NCBI GenBank assembly: GCA_031430855.1
Contig: JANPCG010000002.1
Location: 1 to 61,502, forward strand
Reading direction: 5' to 3'
Length of the DNA: 61,502 nt
Source: Candidatus Kaiserbacteria bacterium
GTDB lineage: Bacteria > Patescibacteriota > Minisyncoccia > Phycocordibacterales > UBA918
The number at the start of each line of letters is the position of its first letter. Position 1 is the first letter of the stretch. Positions 16,656-25,253 of the stretch are shown here, piece by piece. Made by a program: the position numbers and the translations under genes. Below the pieces are notes generated by a model. That model did not search any database, was not told the origin of the DNA, and saw nothing but the letters and a program-made list of their open reading frames with translations.

Positions 16656-16685
16656 AAATTATGTATTTTGTAGTTTTATTGTCAA
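16656..16685 (-). promoter_or_regulatory. Promoter TTGACA-N18-TAATTT; the -10 box ends 6 nt before ATG 16649
   Basis: Reverse complement of 16650-16688 reads cacTTGACAataaaactacaaaatacaTAATTTtagtac followed by ATG. Confidence 0.45.
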
Positions 16686-16700
16686 GTGCTCACCCTACAA

Positions 16701-17423
16701 TCACCGCACTCCCCACACCGCGACTGACGGGAACAAGAGCTCACGAGTTGGTAATGGAACATTTTTAAATACCGCTTGATGCTTCATTTCCCAAGCAAAA
16801 AGTTCTGCTATGACCGGTTCGAGGTGGGCGATTTTTTGTTTTTCTAATTTTTTATGATTTGGCATCTGATGGTACGTGCCATAAATATCACGGAGGCCCA
16901 ATTCGACATAAAGTGCCCGCACCTCAACTTCGGGTACGTAGCGCACAAACTGACGCTCCGGCAGTACCTTGGGAAAATGATTCCCCATCCACACATGGGC
17001 GCGCTCCTTCAGTGAATGCGGGTACAGTGAATGTCCGAGGTCATACCGGTGCACCATTACGCCACCCGGAGTTACATACTGCGCACCAAGGGCGAGGAAG
17101 GCCCTCAGTTGCCGCACGTGTTCGAGGACACTTTGTGAGAACACGAGATCAAACGACGCTTTGGTTTCGCCCGCCACCTCATCGTACCCGAGCTGGAGAT
17201 GCACGCGCACATTCGGGATACCGGCTAAATTTTTTAACGCATCATTATACGACGGCTCAATTGGCTCAACCCCGACATACTCAACCATGGGGAACTTTTT
17301 GAGGATGGTCGGCATATACACCGCCGTACCACACCCTAAGTCCATTACCCTGATGGTAGCTCCTGGCTTTTTCTCAACTGCCGCCCGGATAATTTCTTCT
17401 ACAAATAAAATTTTAAGTGACAT
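16701..17423 (-). CDS. Class I SAM-dependent methyltransferase
   Basis: 240 aa. Motif I VMDLGCGTAVY, plus ...VFSQSVLEHV... Confidence 0.8.
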   Translation of the reverse strand: MSLKILFVEEIIRAAVEKKPGATIRVMDLGCGTAVYMPTILKKFPMVEYVGVEPIEPSYNDALKNLAGIPNVRVHLQLGYDEVAGETKASFDLVFSQSVLEHVRQLRAFLALGAQYVTPGGVMVHRYDLGHSLYPHSLKERAHVWMGNHFPKVLPERQFVRYVPEVEVRALYVELGLRDIYGTYHQMPNHKKLEKQKIAHLEPVIAELFAWEMKHQAVFKNVPLPTRELLFPSVAVWGVR

Positions 17424-17434
17424 ATATTTTTTAC

Positions 17435-18040
17435 TTATCGTACCGCCATCACGATATTATTCATGCCAAATAAAAATCGTTTTGGACTCACGTTCTCTCT
17501 CGTAAACCCAGCCGCCACAAAGGCGTCATGGAGCATCGTCGAAGAGAAATACTGTTTATGATCAGCAATCTCATGTTTATCAATAATGCCAAGCCTGAAC
17601 GCCAAAAATTCCAACAGTGGTTTGCTGGTTGGGCCAGGCGTCGTTAAGAGGACAACCCCACCCGGTCGTACAATCCGATACAGTTCACTCAAAAATACCT
17701 CTGGCTTATCAAGGTGCTCGAGGACAGCGAGTGAAAGTGCGACATCAACCGATGCATCCGGCAGTGGAATGGGTCCGTTTAAATCAGCGGTTGAGAGTGA
17801 TAAGTTGAGCACTGATGATAATGTTGGTTTAAATTCTGTATCAACGGCAATCCCCTCTTTGGCTATACCAGTACCCAAGAGCGACACGAGCAACCGCGCA
17901 TCATACCCGGAACCAAAGTCAGCCACTACTGCTGCTCCCTTAGGAATCCGCTTCACCACCTGACGTTTACGCAATGAAAATATCAGGTTGTCTAAGAGTG
18001 AATACTTCTCTACTCCAAAGGCATATTGTCGTTGTTCCAT
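17435..18040 (-). CDS. Class I SAM-dependent methyltransferase (Methyltransf_11-like)
   Basis: VADFGSGYDARLL and LAVLEHLDKPEVFLSELYRIVRPGGVVLLTTP. ATG 18040 lies just after the upstream stop; the track start at 18094 would overlap by 53 nt. Confidence 0.8.
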   Translation of the reverse strand: MEQRQYAFGVEKYSLLDNLIFSLRKRQVVKRIPKGAAVVADFGSGYDARLLVSLLGTGIAKEGIAVDTEFKPTLSSVLNLSLSTADLNGPIPLPDASVDVALSLAVLEHLDKPEVFLSELYRIVRPGGVVLLTTPGPTSKPLLEFLAFRLGIIDKHEIADHKQYFSSTMLHDAFVAAGFTRENVSPKRFLFGMNNIVMAVR

Positions 18041-18041
18041 A

Positions 18042-18755
18042 TTATTTCTTAAACCGTTCAAGAACGAGTACCTGCATCGCTTCAATCCCATCACGCCAAT
18101 TAATCTTTTTTCCTTCGGTCACACTGCGGGGATAATATGAAATTGGGACTTCTTTAATTTTAATTCCCTGCTTCGCTACTTTCGCCGTTACTTCTGGGCA
18201 AAATTCAAACCGTTCACAGGTAAGCGGCAGAGCGGTAATCACCTCGGTCTTAAACATCTTGTAACAGGTTGGTTCATCAGTGAGTTTTTGATTATATAAA
18301 AGGTTAGTAAGGACTGTGAGAAATTGCCCACCCCAATAAAATGAAAAGCCGGCTTCTTTATTACGACCACGCTCGATACTCCTTGAACCATAGAGGACCG
18401 GCAACTCATACTCGAGCATATGTTCAAACATCCGTACTAAGTCATTAGGATCATACTCCAAATCAGCATCCTGAATCACCACATGGGTACCTGTAACATG
18501 CGAGAGACCCGTTCTAATCGCAGCTCCCTTTCCCCGATTCTCAGGATGAAACACAATGTGATGGGTATCACGGTAGCCATCAAGAATATCCCGCGTCCCA
18601 TCCCGTGATCCATCGTCAACGACAATTACTTGAATATCATACTCAGATAACGCATCTTCAATTTTCTGAAGCAGCGTCTCAATGGTAGACGCTTCATTAT
18701 AGGCCGGAATAATAACCGACAATTTCGTAGGCTGCGAAGAATTGTTAGATGCCAT
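18042..18755 (-). CDS. GT2 glycosyltransferase, polyprenol-phosphate sugar synthase type (GtrB/DPM1-like)
   Basis: LSVIIPAYNEASTIETLL...VIVVDDGSRDGT...VIQDADLEYDP. ATG at 18755 overlaps the stop of the upstream gene by 11 nt. Confidence 0.85.
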   Translation of the reverse strand: MASNNSSQPTKLSVIIPAYNEASTIETLLQKIEDALSEYDIQVIVVDDGSRDGTRDILDGYRDTHHIVFHPENRGKGAAIRTGLSHVTGTHVVIQDADLEYDPNDLVRMFEHMLEYELPVLYGSRSIERGRNKEAGFSFYWGGQFLTVLTNLLYNQKLTDEPTCYKMFKTEVITALPLTCERFEFCPEVTAKVAKQGIKIKEVPISYYPRSVTEGKKINWRDGIEAMQVLVLERFKK

Positions 18756-20301
18756 AGGTAAGAGAGTCAATGAGTGCGCGCATATCGGGTACAAAACTAA
18801 TCCATACCAAACCAAGACTCACCGCTGCGAACAATACTACCATAACGACTTGCGTGCGCACACGCGTAACGGAGAGCACTCCCACAGTCGCAAAGATAGC
18901 AGCCAGAGGGACGAGGGCGAAAAATAAACGAGAAGAAACATATCCCCATAACAAAAATCCAAAGGCCGGGATGAGCATAATTTTAATGAAAAACTGCACC
19001 GCCTGTGGCATCTCGGAGTATCTCCTCACACCCAGATAGACATAGAGCCAGCCAATACCAAGGAGTACAAAAACGCTCTTCACAACCGCCGGTACGGTAT
19101 ACATCGTCGCGTACGCCTCAGGTGCCGCCCCTATAGTCATCCAATCGAGATACGAATACTGGTAGGCAGTATAAACATGATGTTGCCAAATTGCCCACGG
19201 TACACAGATCAAAGCCGCACTCTGAATGAGCGTATGGATTTTGGACCGCACATCAACGACAGGATGAAAACAAATCAAAAGGAAAAATGTCAGACCTGCT
19301 AGTACCGCGTACTCTTTCCACATCACCCCAGCCAGTAACGTTGCACAAATAAACCATAGCCACCCGGCTGTGGGGGTTCGATACCATTTAACCATTCCGG
19401 CGAGACTTAAAAAATATAATGTCCAGGCCCCCGTCTCAGTGAGATAATCGAGTCCATATTTCACCATTGGAAACGACGTTGTAATCACAACTGCCATCAC
19501 AAACCCGGCACTGCGTGACCCAAGTAGCAGATATCCAAACCAATACACCGTAAACCCAAGAGCAAAAAATAATAAGACCGACTGCACGACGACAGCAGTA
19601 GTAGTATCAAGACCCGTAAGCGAGAGCACTGCGACGAATGCCGGTGCGAGCGGTTTGAGGTATCGTGCACCATTCACCTCGACATCGTTTCCGAGAAGCA
19701 GGTCGGCCGTTTGCGCGTACCCAACCGTGTCAGAACTAATTGAGAGTGGCATAGTACTTAAACGTATGCTGGCTGTCATAACAAGCGCTATGGCTAACAA
19801 TGAGAGCCAGAACCGGTGCTCACGAGCCAATACTGAGAGGACATTTCGGACGATTACCATGACAACTGCCAATCGACTCTCATCAGCATGAAAGGTCACG
19901 CCCGCGGTAAAGATAAAACTTACCACCGCAACAATGCCGAGCGCTAGAAATTGCGCTAAAAGTGGCCACACTCCTAATCCATCAATCATAATCTTCAGTG
20001 AGACAATAGTGAACCCTAATCCCAGTAAAGCTGACACTAAATACATACCCCCTTGAGTAGCGGTCCGTTTGCCATCAGTCGCCGTAAACGTCCACCATTT
20101 GTGCATCGAGAATGTCACTCCAAAGGCAGCAATGAATCCAATTACCGCGCCATACACGTACCAGAGGTCGTAATAGGAAACGACGAGACCAAACACAAAC
20201 AGGTTCGCCACCACTCCTGCCCCACCCGAAATCCCGTACCGCAAAAGCAGGGTCCAATTTTGTATACAGTACTGATAGATACGAGGAAGCATGACAATCA
20301 A
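18745..20301 (-). CDS. Fusion of a GtrA-like domain with a polytopic PMT/ArnT-like (GT-C) glycosyltransferase
   Basis: 518 aa. The N-terminal ~110 aa are GtrA-like (LLRYGISGGAGVVANLFVFGLVV...SMHKWWTF), followed by about 10 more TM helices. Confidence 0.6.
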   Translation of the reverse strand: MIVMLPRIYQYCIQNWTLLLRYGISGGAGVVANLFVFGLVVSYYDLWYVYGAVIGFIAAFGVTFSMHKWWTFTATDGKRTATQGGMYLVSALLGLGFTIVSLKIMIDGLGVWPLLAQFLALGIVAVVSFIFTAGVTFHADESRLAVVMVIVRNVLSVLAREHRFWLSLLAIALVMTASIRLSTMPLSISSDTVGYAQTADLLLGNDVEVNGARYLKPLAPAFVAVLSLTGLDTTTAVVVQSVLLFFALGFTVYWFGYLLLGSRSAGFVMAVVITTSFPMVKYGLDYLTETGAWTLYFLSLAGMVKWYRTPTAGWLWFICATLLAGVMWKEYAVLAGLTFFLLICFHPVVDVRSKIHTLIQSAALICVPWAIWQHHVYTAYQYSYLDWMTIGAAPEAYATMYTVPAVVKSVFVLLGIGWLYVYLGVRRYSEMPQAVQFFIKIMLIPAFGFLLWGYVSSRLFFALVPLAAIFATVGVLSVTRVRTQVVMVVLFAAVSLGLVWISFVPDMRALIDSLTYGI

Positions 20302-20306
20302 AGGAA

Positions 20307-21161
20307 TTACTTTAGAGTGGTCGATAATTTTTCATTACGCCAAGCCACAATTTTATACGAGAAACAAACCGCCTCAGTTGGAATGGTGTACGGTAATTCT
20401 ATTTGCGAATTCAGTGCGTAGGTAAACCCGGCGTTTTCAAGAACCGAGAGCATATGACCGAGCGGGTATTTCGTATGCACTCCATCAAAGTGATACTCAA
20501 TAAAAATCTGTTTAATGTGCCGCAACGTGTTACTCGTCTCCAATTCAGCGAGAACTTCCCCCTCAGCTCCTTCCACATCGAGCTTTAAAATATCAACCGG
20601 ACCAGTGATGTAGGTAGAGAGGGGTTCAATCATAACCGGAAACGAAGTGAGGTCATAGTTTTTAGTGGCGAGGTGTCCAGTTGTACTCCCGCTCTGGGAC
20701 GCGAGGTCATGAGCATCTGTATAAAACGTAGCGGTCGATTTTACCGCTCCTAACCCAACTGGATGAATCGTTACGTTTAACTTGTTTGTCGCTACGTTAG
20801 CGCCCACTATTTCGTAGGTATGGGGATTTGGTTCAAATGCAGTTATCGTAGCGTTCGGTGCCTGTGTCCGAAAATACAACAGTGACACACCAATGTTAGT
20901 TCCACAGTCGATAATAGTAAGAGGCTTGTCAGTTGGCGGAATATAGTAATTTTGATCAATAAATATTTCTCGAAACATTCCATACAAGCTCGCTCGCTTT
21001 GAGTAGGAATACGTAGCCGTAAGTAACCGAACTGAACCAGCCGCCCCTTTATCGATAAAGCGATTCATTACCAACATCTTTAGGTACGTGAAGAGTACCG
21101 CCCAGGCAGTTTTCGGGAGATAGTGTTTTTTAATTGCCTGATACTGAGGTACAAATTTCAT
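20307..21161 (-). CDS. FkbM-family methyltransferase
   Basis: IIDCGTNIGVSLLYF...AFEPNPHTYE...LKLDVEGAEGEVL. ATG 21161 is preferred; the track start at 21194 overlaps the upstream gene by 32 nt. Confidence 0.8.
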   Translation of the reverse strand: MKFVPQYQAIKKHYLPKTAWAVLFTYLKMLVMNRFIDKGAAGSVRLLTATYSYSKRASLYGMFREIFIDQNYYIPPTDKPLTIIDCGTNIGVSLLYFRTQAPNATITAFEPNPHTYEIVGANVATNKLNVTIHPVGLGAVKSTATFYTDAHDLASQSGSTTGHLATKNYDLTSFPVMIEPLSTYITGPVDILKLDVEGAEGEVLAELETSNTLRHIKQIFIEYHFDGVHTKYPLGHMLSVLENAGFTYALNSQIELPYTIPTEAVCFSYKIVAWRNEKLSTTLK

Positions 21162-21162
21162 A

Positions 21163-22230
21163 TTATTTTTTGGGTAGTATACACGACGCTGCACCCTTCA
21201 TATCGTTCACAAAATAATTTGGGCGATAGGCACCCTTAGGATAGGTTTTTTCGTCCCCAATGTAGATAGTTCTCACATTCGCAAACCGCCCCGCTTCAAT
21301 ATCGGTTTCGCTATCCCCAATAAACCACGACTTACTGAGATTAAGATTCTGCTCGGAAGCAGCTTTAGTGAGCATCCCAATCCCCGGCTTGCGACACATA
21401 CACCCATCATTAGGCCCATGTGGGCAATGGTACATTGCATCAATTACGACACCGTTTTCTTTAAAATACGCGTTCATTTTTTTATGCAGGGTATGCAGCT
21501 GTGATTCGGTATAGTACCCGCGTGCAATTCCTGACTGATTAGTCACAATAATCAGTTTGTACCCCGCCTTCATAAACTGCCGCAGACTACTCACGACGTG
21601 AGCTTTGATGGTGATATCCTCCCACTTGTACAAGTACCCATTTTTGTTTTCGTTTATCACCCCATCCCGATCGAGGAACACCGCTCGCCCAACCTGCAAG
21701 CTGTCCGAGTCAGCAATTCGCCTTAGTAACTCTGTCGTAGATTTACTCCACAGTGCAGGCTCTTCAAAATTAAACACTTTTATTTTCCCCCCATAGGCTT
21801 CGACGGTTTTTCGCTCGACACAATCGTCTCCCCATTCGCTCACATTCAAGAACACATCTGGCTGTAACGCTGCCAAGACTGCATTCGGCGTCAACTCATC
21901 AAACAAAACAATATGGGTGACATACGGAGACTGTGCGAGTGTGTAGGCGCGCTCGGTTTCGTGCAGGATAGGCTTCGCCACTCCTTTATACCTGCGTACT
22001 GATGCATCACTATTGAGAAACACAAACAACACATCACACTTTTTTGATCGCTCCTCAAGCGCCTTAAAATGGATGGCGGTCATAATATCAAACGAACCAG
22101 ACATAGCTCCGACGGTCAGGCCATGATTTTTATATCCACGAGCGAGCCGCGCGGCGGTACGTAATGTAATGACTTTTTTCTGCGGAGGGAGTGCGCGCAT
22201 AGTATTGTTATAACACCGCCAGTAATTCAT
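21163..22230 (-). CDS. Fusion: HldE-domain-II-type heptose-1-P nucleotidyltransferase (N-terminal) + D,D-heptose-1,7-bisphosphate phosphatase GmhB (C-terminal)
   Basis: N-terminal part: GSFDIMTAIHFKALEERSKKCDVLFVFLNSDASVRRYKG...KSTTELLRRI. C-terminal part: AVFLDRDGVINE...IIVTNQSGIARGYYTE...YHCPHGPNDGCMCRKPGIGML...FIGDSETDIEAG. An alternative start is at 22200. Confidence 0.75.
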   Translation of the reverse strand: MNYWRCYNNTMRALPPQKKVITLRTAARLARGYKNHGLTVGAMSGSFDIMTAIHFKALEERSKKCDVLFVFLNSDASVRRYKGVAKPILHETERAYTLAQSPYVTHIVLFDELTPNAVLAALQPDVFLNVSEWGDDCVERKTVEAYGGKIKVFNFEEPALWSKSTTELLRRIADSDSLQVGRAVFLDRDGVINENKNGYLYKWEDITIKAHVVSSLRQFMKAGYKLIIVTNQSGIARGYYTESQLHTLHKKMNAYFKENGVVIDAMYHCPHGPNDGCMCRKPGIGMLTKAASEQNLNLSKSWFIGDSETDIEAGRFANVRTIYIGDEKTYPKGAYRPNYFVNDMKGAASCILPKK

Positions 22231-23158
22231 CCATCGTCACCACCGCCGTATGTGGTTTAGAGACCGAAATCGCAGCCGCATGGTTAGCGAGCGTCACTGC
22301 CTCTTTAATCGATAAGCCCAACGCGAGCCCAATCACGGCAAACGCAATCACCGTATCTCCCGCTCCTGAAACATCTCGCACGTCGGTGGCAAAACTCGGT
22401 AAACTGAAGTTATTACCAACATCATTTGCATCAGCGTAGTAAACTCCTTTTCCGCCGAGAGTAACGAGGATATTCGATTTAGTTTTGACAGCGAGTGCGT
22501 GTGCTCGTTCTTCAATCGTACCAGTTTTGGTCATCTCGAGTAACTCGCTCTCATTTGGCGAAATCAGGGTGCAATTATAAAAAAACGATATGTTCTTTGG
22601 TTTCGTGTCAACCACCACCGGTATTTTTAAACGGTTCGCAATCGTTAAAATAATCTCCATCAAAGCAGCCGTAATAAACCCCTTGCCGTAGTCTGAGATA
22701 CAAATCACATCGACGTTTGAGAGGGCCGACTCCAGTTTTGCCACCACTTGGTACGTTACCTTTTCAGTGACCGAAGTAGTATCTTCAGTATCAATCCGCA
22801 ATAATTGCTGATTGGCTGCTACCATTCGTTTTTTCGTGACCGTTGGCTTCTTCTCATCTACGACGACAATATGCTCTTGGGTTTCTCCGGTCAGTTCACG
22901 AAGCAATGTTGTAACCGTCTCGCCAGCAGCGTCATTACCCACCGTGCTAATGAGCCTGGTCTGTACACCGACAGTAGCGAGATTTGCTAAAACATTACCC
23001 GCCCCACCGAGGACCGACATTTCTTTCACAATGTGGATAATCGGTACTGGAGCTTCGGCTGAAATCCGTTCAACCTTCCCATAGGTGTAGGTATCAAGCA
23101 TTACGTCACCAACGACAGCAACCCGGAGACTCCCTAATCGTTCTACTTTTGTACTCAT
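22208..23158 (-). CDS. hldA: D-glycero-beta-D-manno-heptose-7-phosphate kinase (PfkB family; HldE domain I / HldA type)
   Basis: LRVAVVGDVMLDTYTYGKVERISAEAPVPIIHI...LGGAGNVLANLATVG...DVSGAGDTV. ATG 23158 is preferred over the track start at 23185. Confidence 0.8.
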   Translation of the reverse strand: MSTKVERLGSLRVAVVGDVMLDTYTYGKVERISAEAPVPIIHIVKEMSVLGGAGNVLANLATVGVQTRLISTVGNDAAGETVTTLLRELTGETQEHIVVVDEKKPTVTKKRMVAANQQLLRIDTEDTTSVTEKVTYQVVAKLESALSNVDVICISDYGKGFITAALMEIILTIANRLKIPVVVDTKPKNISFFYNCTLISPNESELLEMTKTGTIEERAHALAVKTKSNILVTLGGKGVYYADANDVGNNFSLPSFATDVRDVSGAGDTVIAFAVIGLALGLSIKEAVTLANHAAAISVSKPHTAVVTMDELLAVL

Positions 23159-23165
23159 GTCGACC

Positions 23166-23756
23166 TTATCCATGAATATCGTCAACCGCTAAACACCACG
23201 AATGATAGATCTGCTGGTGTATCTCCTGGACATGAGAAGTGACATTACAAGGTACAACGAGCGAAACGTCAACAAATTCTTTGAGGAGTCCCCCGTCTCT
23301 CCCTAACAGTCCAATGATATTCATTTTTTGTTTTCGGGCTTCCGCACACGCATGAACCAGGTTAACTGAATTTCCACTGGTTGAAATTGGAATAAACAAA
23401 TCTCCCTCTCGACCGAGACCCTCGAGCTGTCGTGAGAACACGCGAACAAATCCATAATCATTACCAATGGCCGTCAGCGCCGAAGTATCAGTCGTCAAGG
23501 CAATCGCCGGGTACGAGCGACGCTCTTTTAAGAAGCGGCCCACAAATTCGGCAGCGATATGTTGTGCATCAGCCGCACTTCCACCATTCCCCGCAATAAA
23601 TACCGTATTCCCATTTTTAACCGTAGTCACAATCAGATCAATTGACTTCTGCCACGCAGTTTGAAAATCAGCGTCTCCTTGGACCGTAATCATTGCCTGC
23701 ATCAGTTCCCCCATATACTGCGTAAGTTTAGTCATATTCGTATGGTTATAGTACAC
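23166..23756 (-). CDS. gmhA: Phosphoheptose (sedoheptulose-7-P) isomerase
   Basis: 196 aa SIS domain: FIAGNGGSAADAQHIAAEFVGRF...AIALTTDTSALTAIGNDYGF...ISTSGNSVNLV. Confidence 0.85.
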   Translation of the reverse strand: MYYNHTNMTKLTQYMGELMQAMITVQGDADFQTAWQKSIDLIVTTVKNGNTVFIAGNGGSAADAQHIAAEFVGRFLKERRSYPAIALTTDTSALTAIGNDYGFVRVFSRQLEGLGREGDLFIPISTSGNSVNLVHACAEARKQKMNIIGLLGRDGGLLKEFVDVSLVVPCNVTSHVQEIHQQIYHSWCLAVDDIHG

Positions 23757-23817
23757 CGCGAGTCGAAAACCGTCCTATTTACAACATTTCTATCATCTGG
23801 TGCAATCTAACTATTAT

Positions 23818-24594
23818 TTAGGGCTTTTTTGCTACCCCAATTAATATATCTCGCATAATGGGATGGAGCGTCAAATCGAGCAGGGCGTTAAATACTTTCC
23901 GCAGCGTACTCTCTTTCGCCTTAAATACCGGAGCCGCTGCTTTATATCCCGTTTTGACGACCCCGTCTTCGATCCGTAATTTACTGAATCGGCGACCCCA
24001 ATCCATTGAAGATACTGAAATTACGTACTCTTCCTCAAACCCGTACTCCATAAACATCCGACGAAATGCCGTAATACAGTAGGGATGAATGTGGGTATAG
24101 TCATTCCAAAAATACACGGGCGAAAATGGCACAAATAATCGGGTCCAGTTTGGGGTTTCAATAAAGACTCGACCGCCACTTTTGAGTAATCCAAAACACG
24201 CATCAATCATCAGATTTGGATAGACGATATGTTCAATCACGTGTTCATTAAATATCGCATCATACGTTCCCGCCGGGAAAAATTGAGCTGCTTCCCCGGC
24301 TTCACACTTCACAAAATTGATTCCCTCAGGTAAAAACGGCCGCATGTCAGTGATATCGCACGCATCAATCTGAATATCAGGCCGAAATGCTTGAATGAGT
24401 CGAATGGTTTTCCCTTTCCCACAGCCGAGGTCGAGCACGCGGCCATTTTGCGGAATGGATTTAATAAATCCAACTAAATACTTTACCCGATACTTTGGCA
24501 ACCGACCCAAGTAGTACGCTGTGTCTCTTTTTTCTAAGTCTTTGGTGGCCGCCCCAAAGTATCGTTCCGGAAATTCACTATTCGTGGTTGTCAT
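23818..24594 (-). CDS. Class I SAM-dependent methyltransferase
   Basis: VLDLGCGKGKTIRLI and FNEHVIEHIVYPNLMIDACFGLLKSGGRVFIETP. Confidence 0.8.
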   Translation of the reverse strand: MTTTNSEFPERYFGAATKDLEKRDTAYYLGRLPKYRVKYLVGFIKSIPQNGRVLDLGCGKGKTIRLIQAFRPDIQIDACDITDMRPFLPEGINFVKCEAGEAAQFFPAGTYDAIFNEHVIEHIVYPNLMIDACFGLLKSGGRVFIETPNWTRLFVPFSPVYFWNDYTHIHPYCITAFRRMFMEYGFEEEYVISVSSMDWGRRFSKLRIEDGVVKTGYKAAAPVFKAKESTLRKVFNALLDLTLHPIMRDILIGVAKKP

Positions 24595-24604
24595 ATAAAT
24601 AATA

Positions 24605-25246
24605 TTAAATAGTCACGCGAAACATTTTTCGATGAGAACATTCAAGAATTTCTTTAAATGTAAAGTTTTTGTTTGCTCCTAAAAATTCCCGCAAGGCTTT
24701 TTGCTCACCCTCATCAATAGAAAACGAATGCCAGTCATCAAAAATTACAATTGTCCCATTTTGGAGAAGTGGTTTAATAAACGTAAGTACTTGAACTGTG
24801 GATTCATAAATATCACAGTCGATTAATACGACCGATGGTTTGTAATGAGTGAGTTCCGCCTGAAGCGAAGGAGTGAGCGATTCGGAGAAATAACCTTTAA
24901 TTAAGTGTTCGGTATAGGTAAAGGCATCGCGATTAAGCAGGTGAGTAAGAACCCGTTTGTAGGTAACTTTGAATCGCTTAAAACCAAATCCTCCCCCTTC
25001 GTTGTTATCCGGCATACCCTCAAACGAATCAAAACCAAAATGATGAATACCTGGCGACTGTTTGATTGCTTCAAAAAAAGTATATCCTTGATAAAGTCCA
25101 AATTCATAATAGTGTCCCTCAATTCGATGAGTCAGTGCGTACTTCACTGCCAGCACTGTCTGACCTCCTAGGGGCAAAAAGAAACCAAGATGATCTCGCA
25201 ACATTAGTCGTGTTTTGCCGTTTAACCGATTGAAGAAGGTACTCAT
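24605..25246 (-). CDS. TylF/MycF-like sugar O-methyltransferase
   Basis: YYEFGLYQGYTFFEA...VVLIDCDIYESTVQVLTFIKPLLQNGTIVIFDDW. Confidence 0.65.
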   Translation of the reverse strand: MSTFFNRLNGKTRLMLRDHLGFFLPLGGQTVLAVKYALTHRIEGHYYEFGLYQGYTFFEAIKQSPGIHHFGFDSFEGMPDNNEGGGFGFKRFKVTYKRVLTHLLNRDAFTYTEHLIKGYFSESLTPSLQAELTHYKPSVVLIDCDIYESTVQVLTFIKPLLQNGTIVIFDDWHSFSIDEGEQKALREFLGANKNFTFKEILECSHRKMFRVTI

Positions 25247-25253
25247 AATATTA

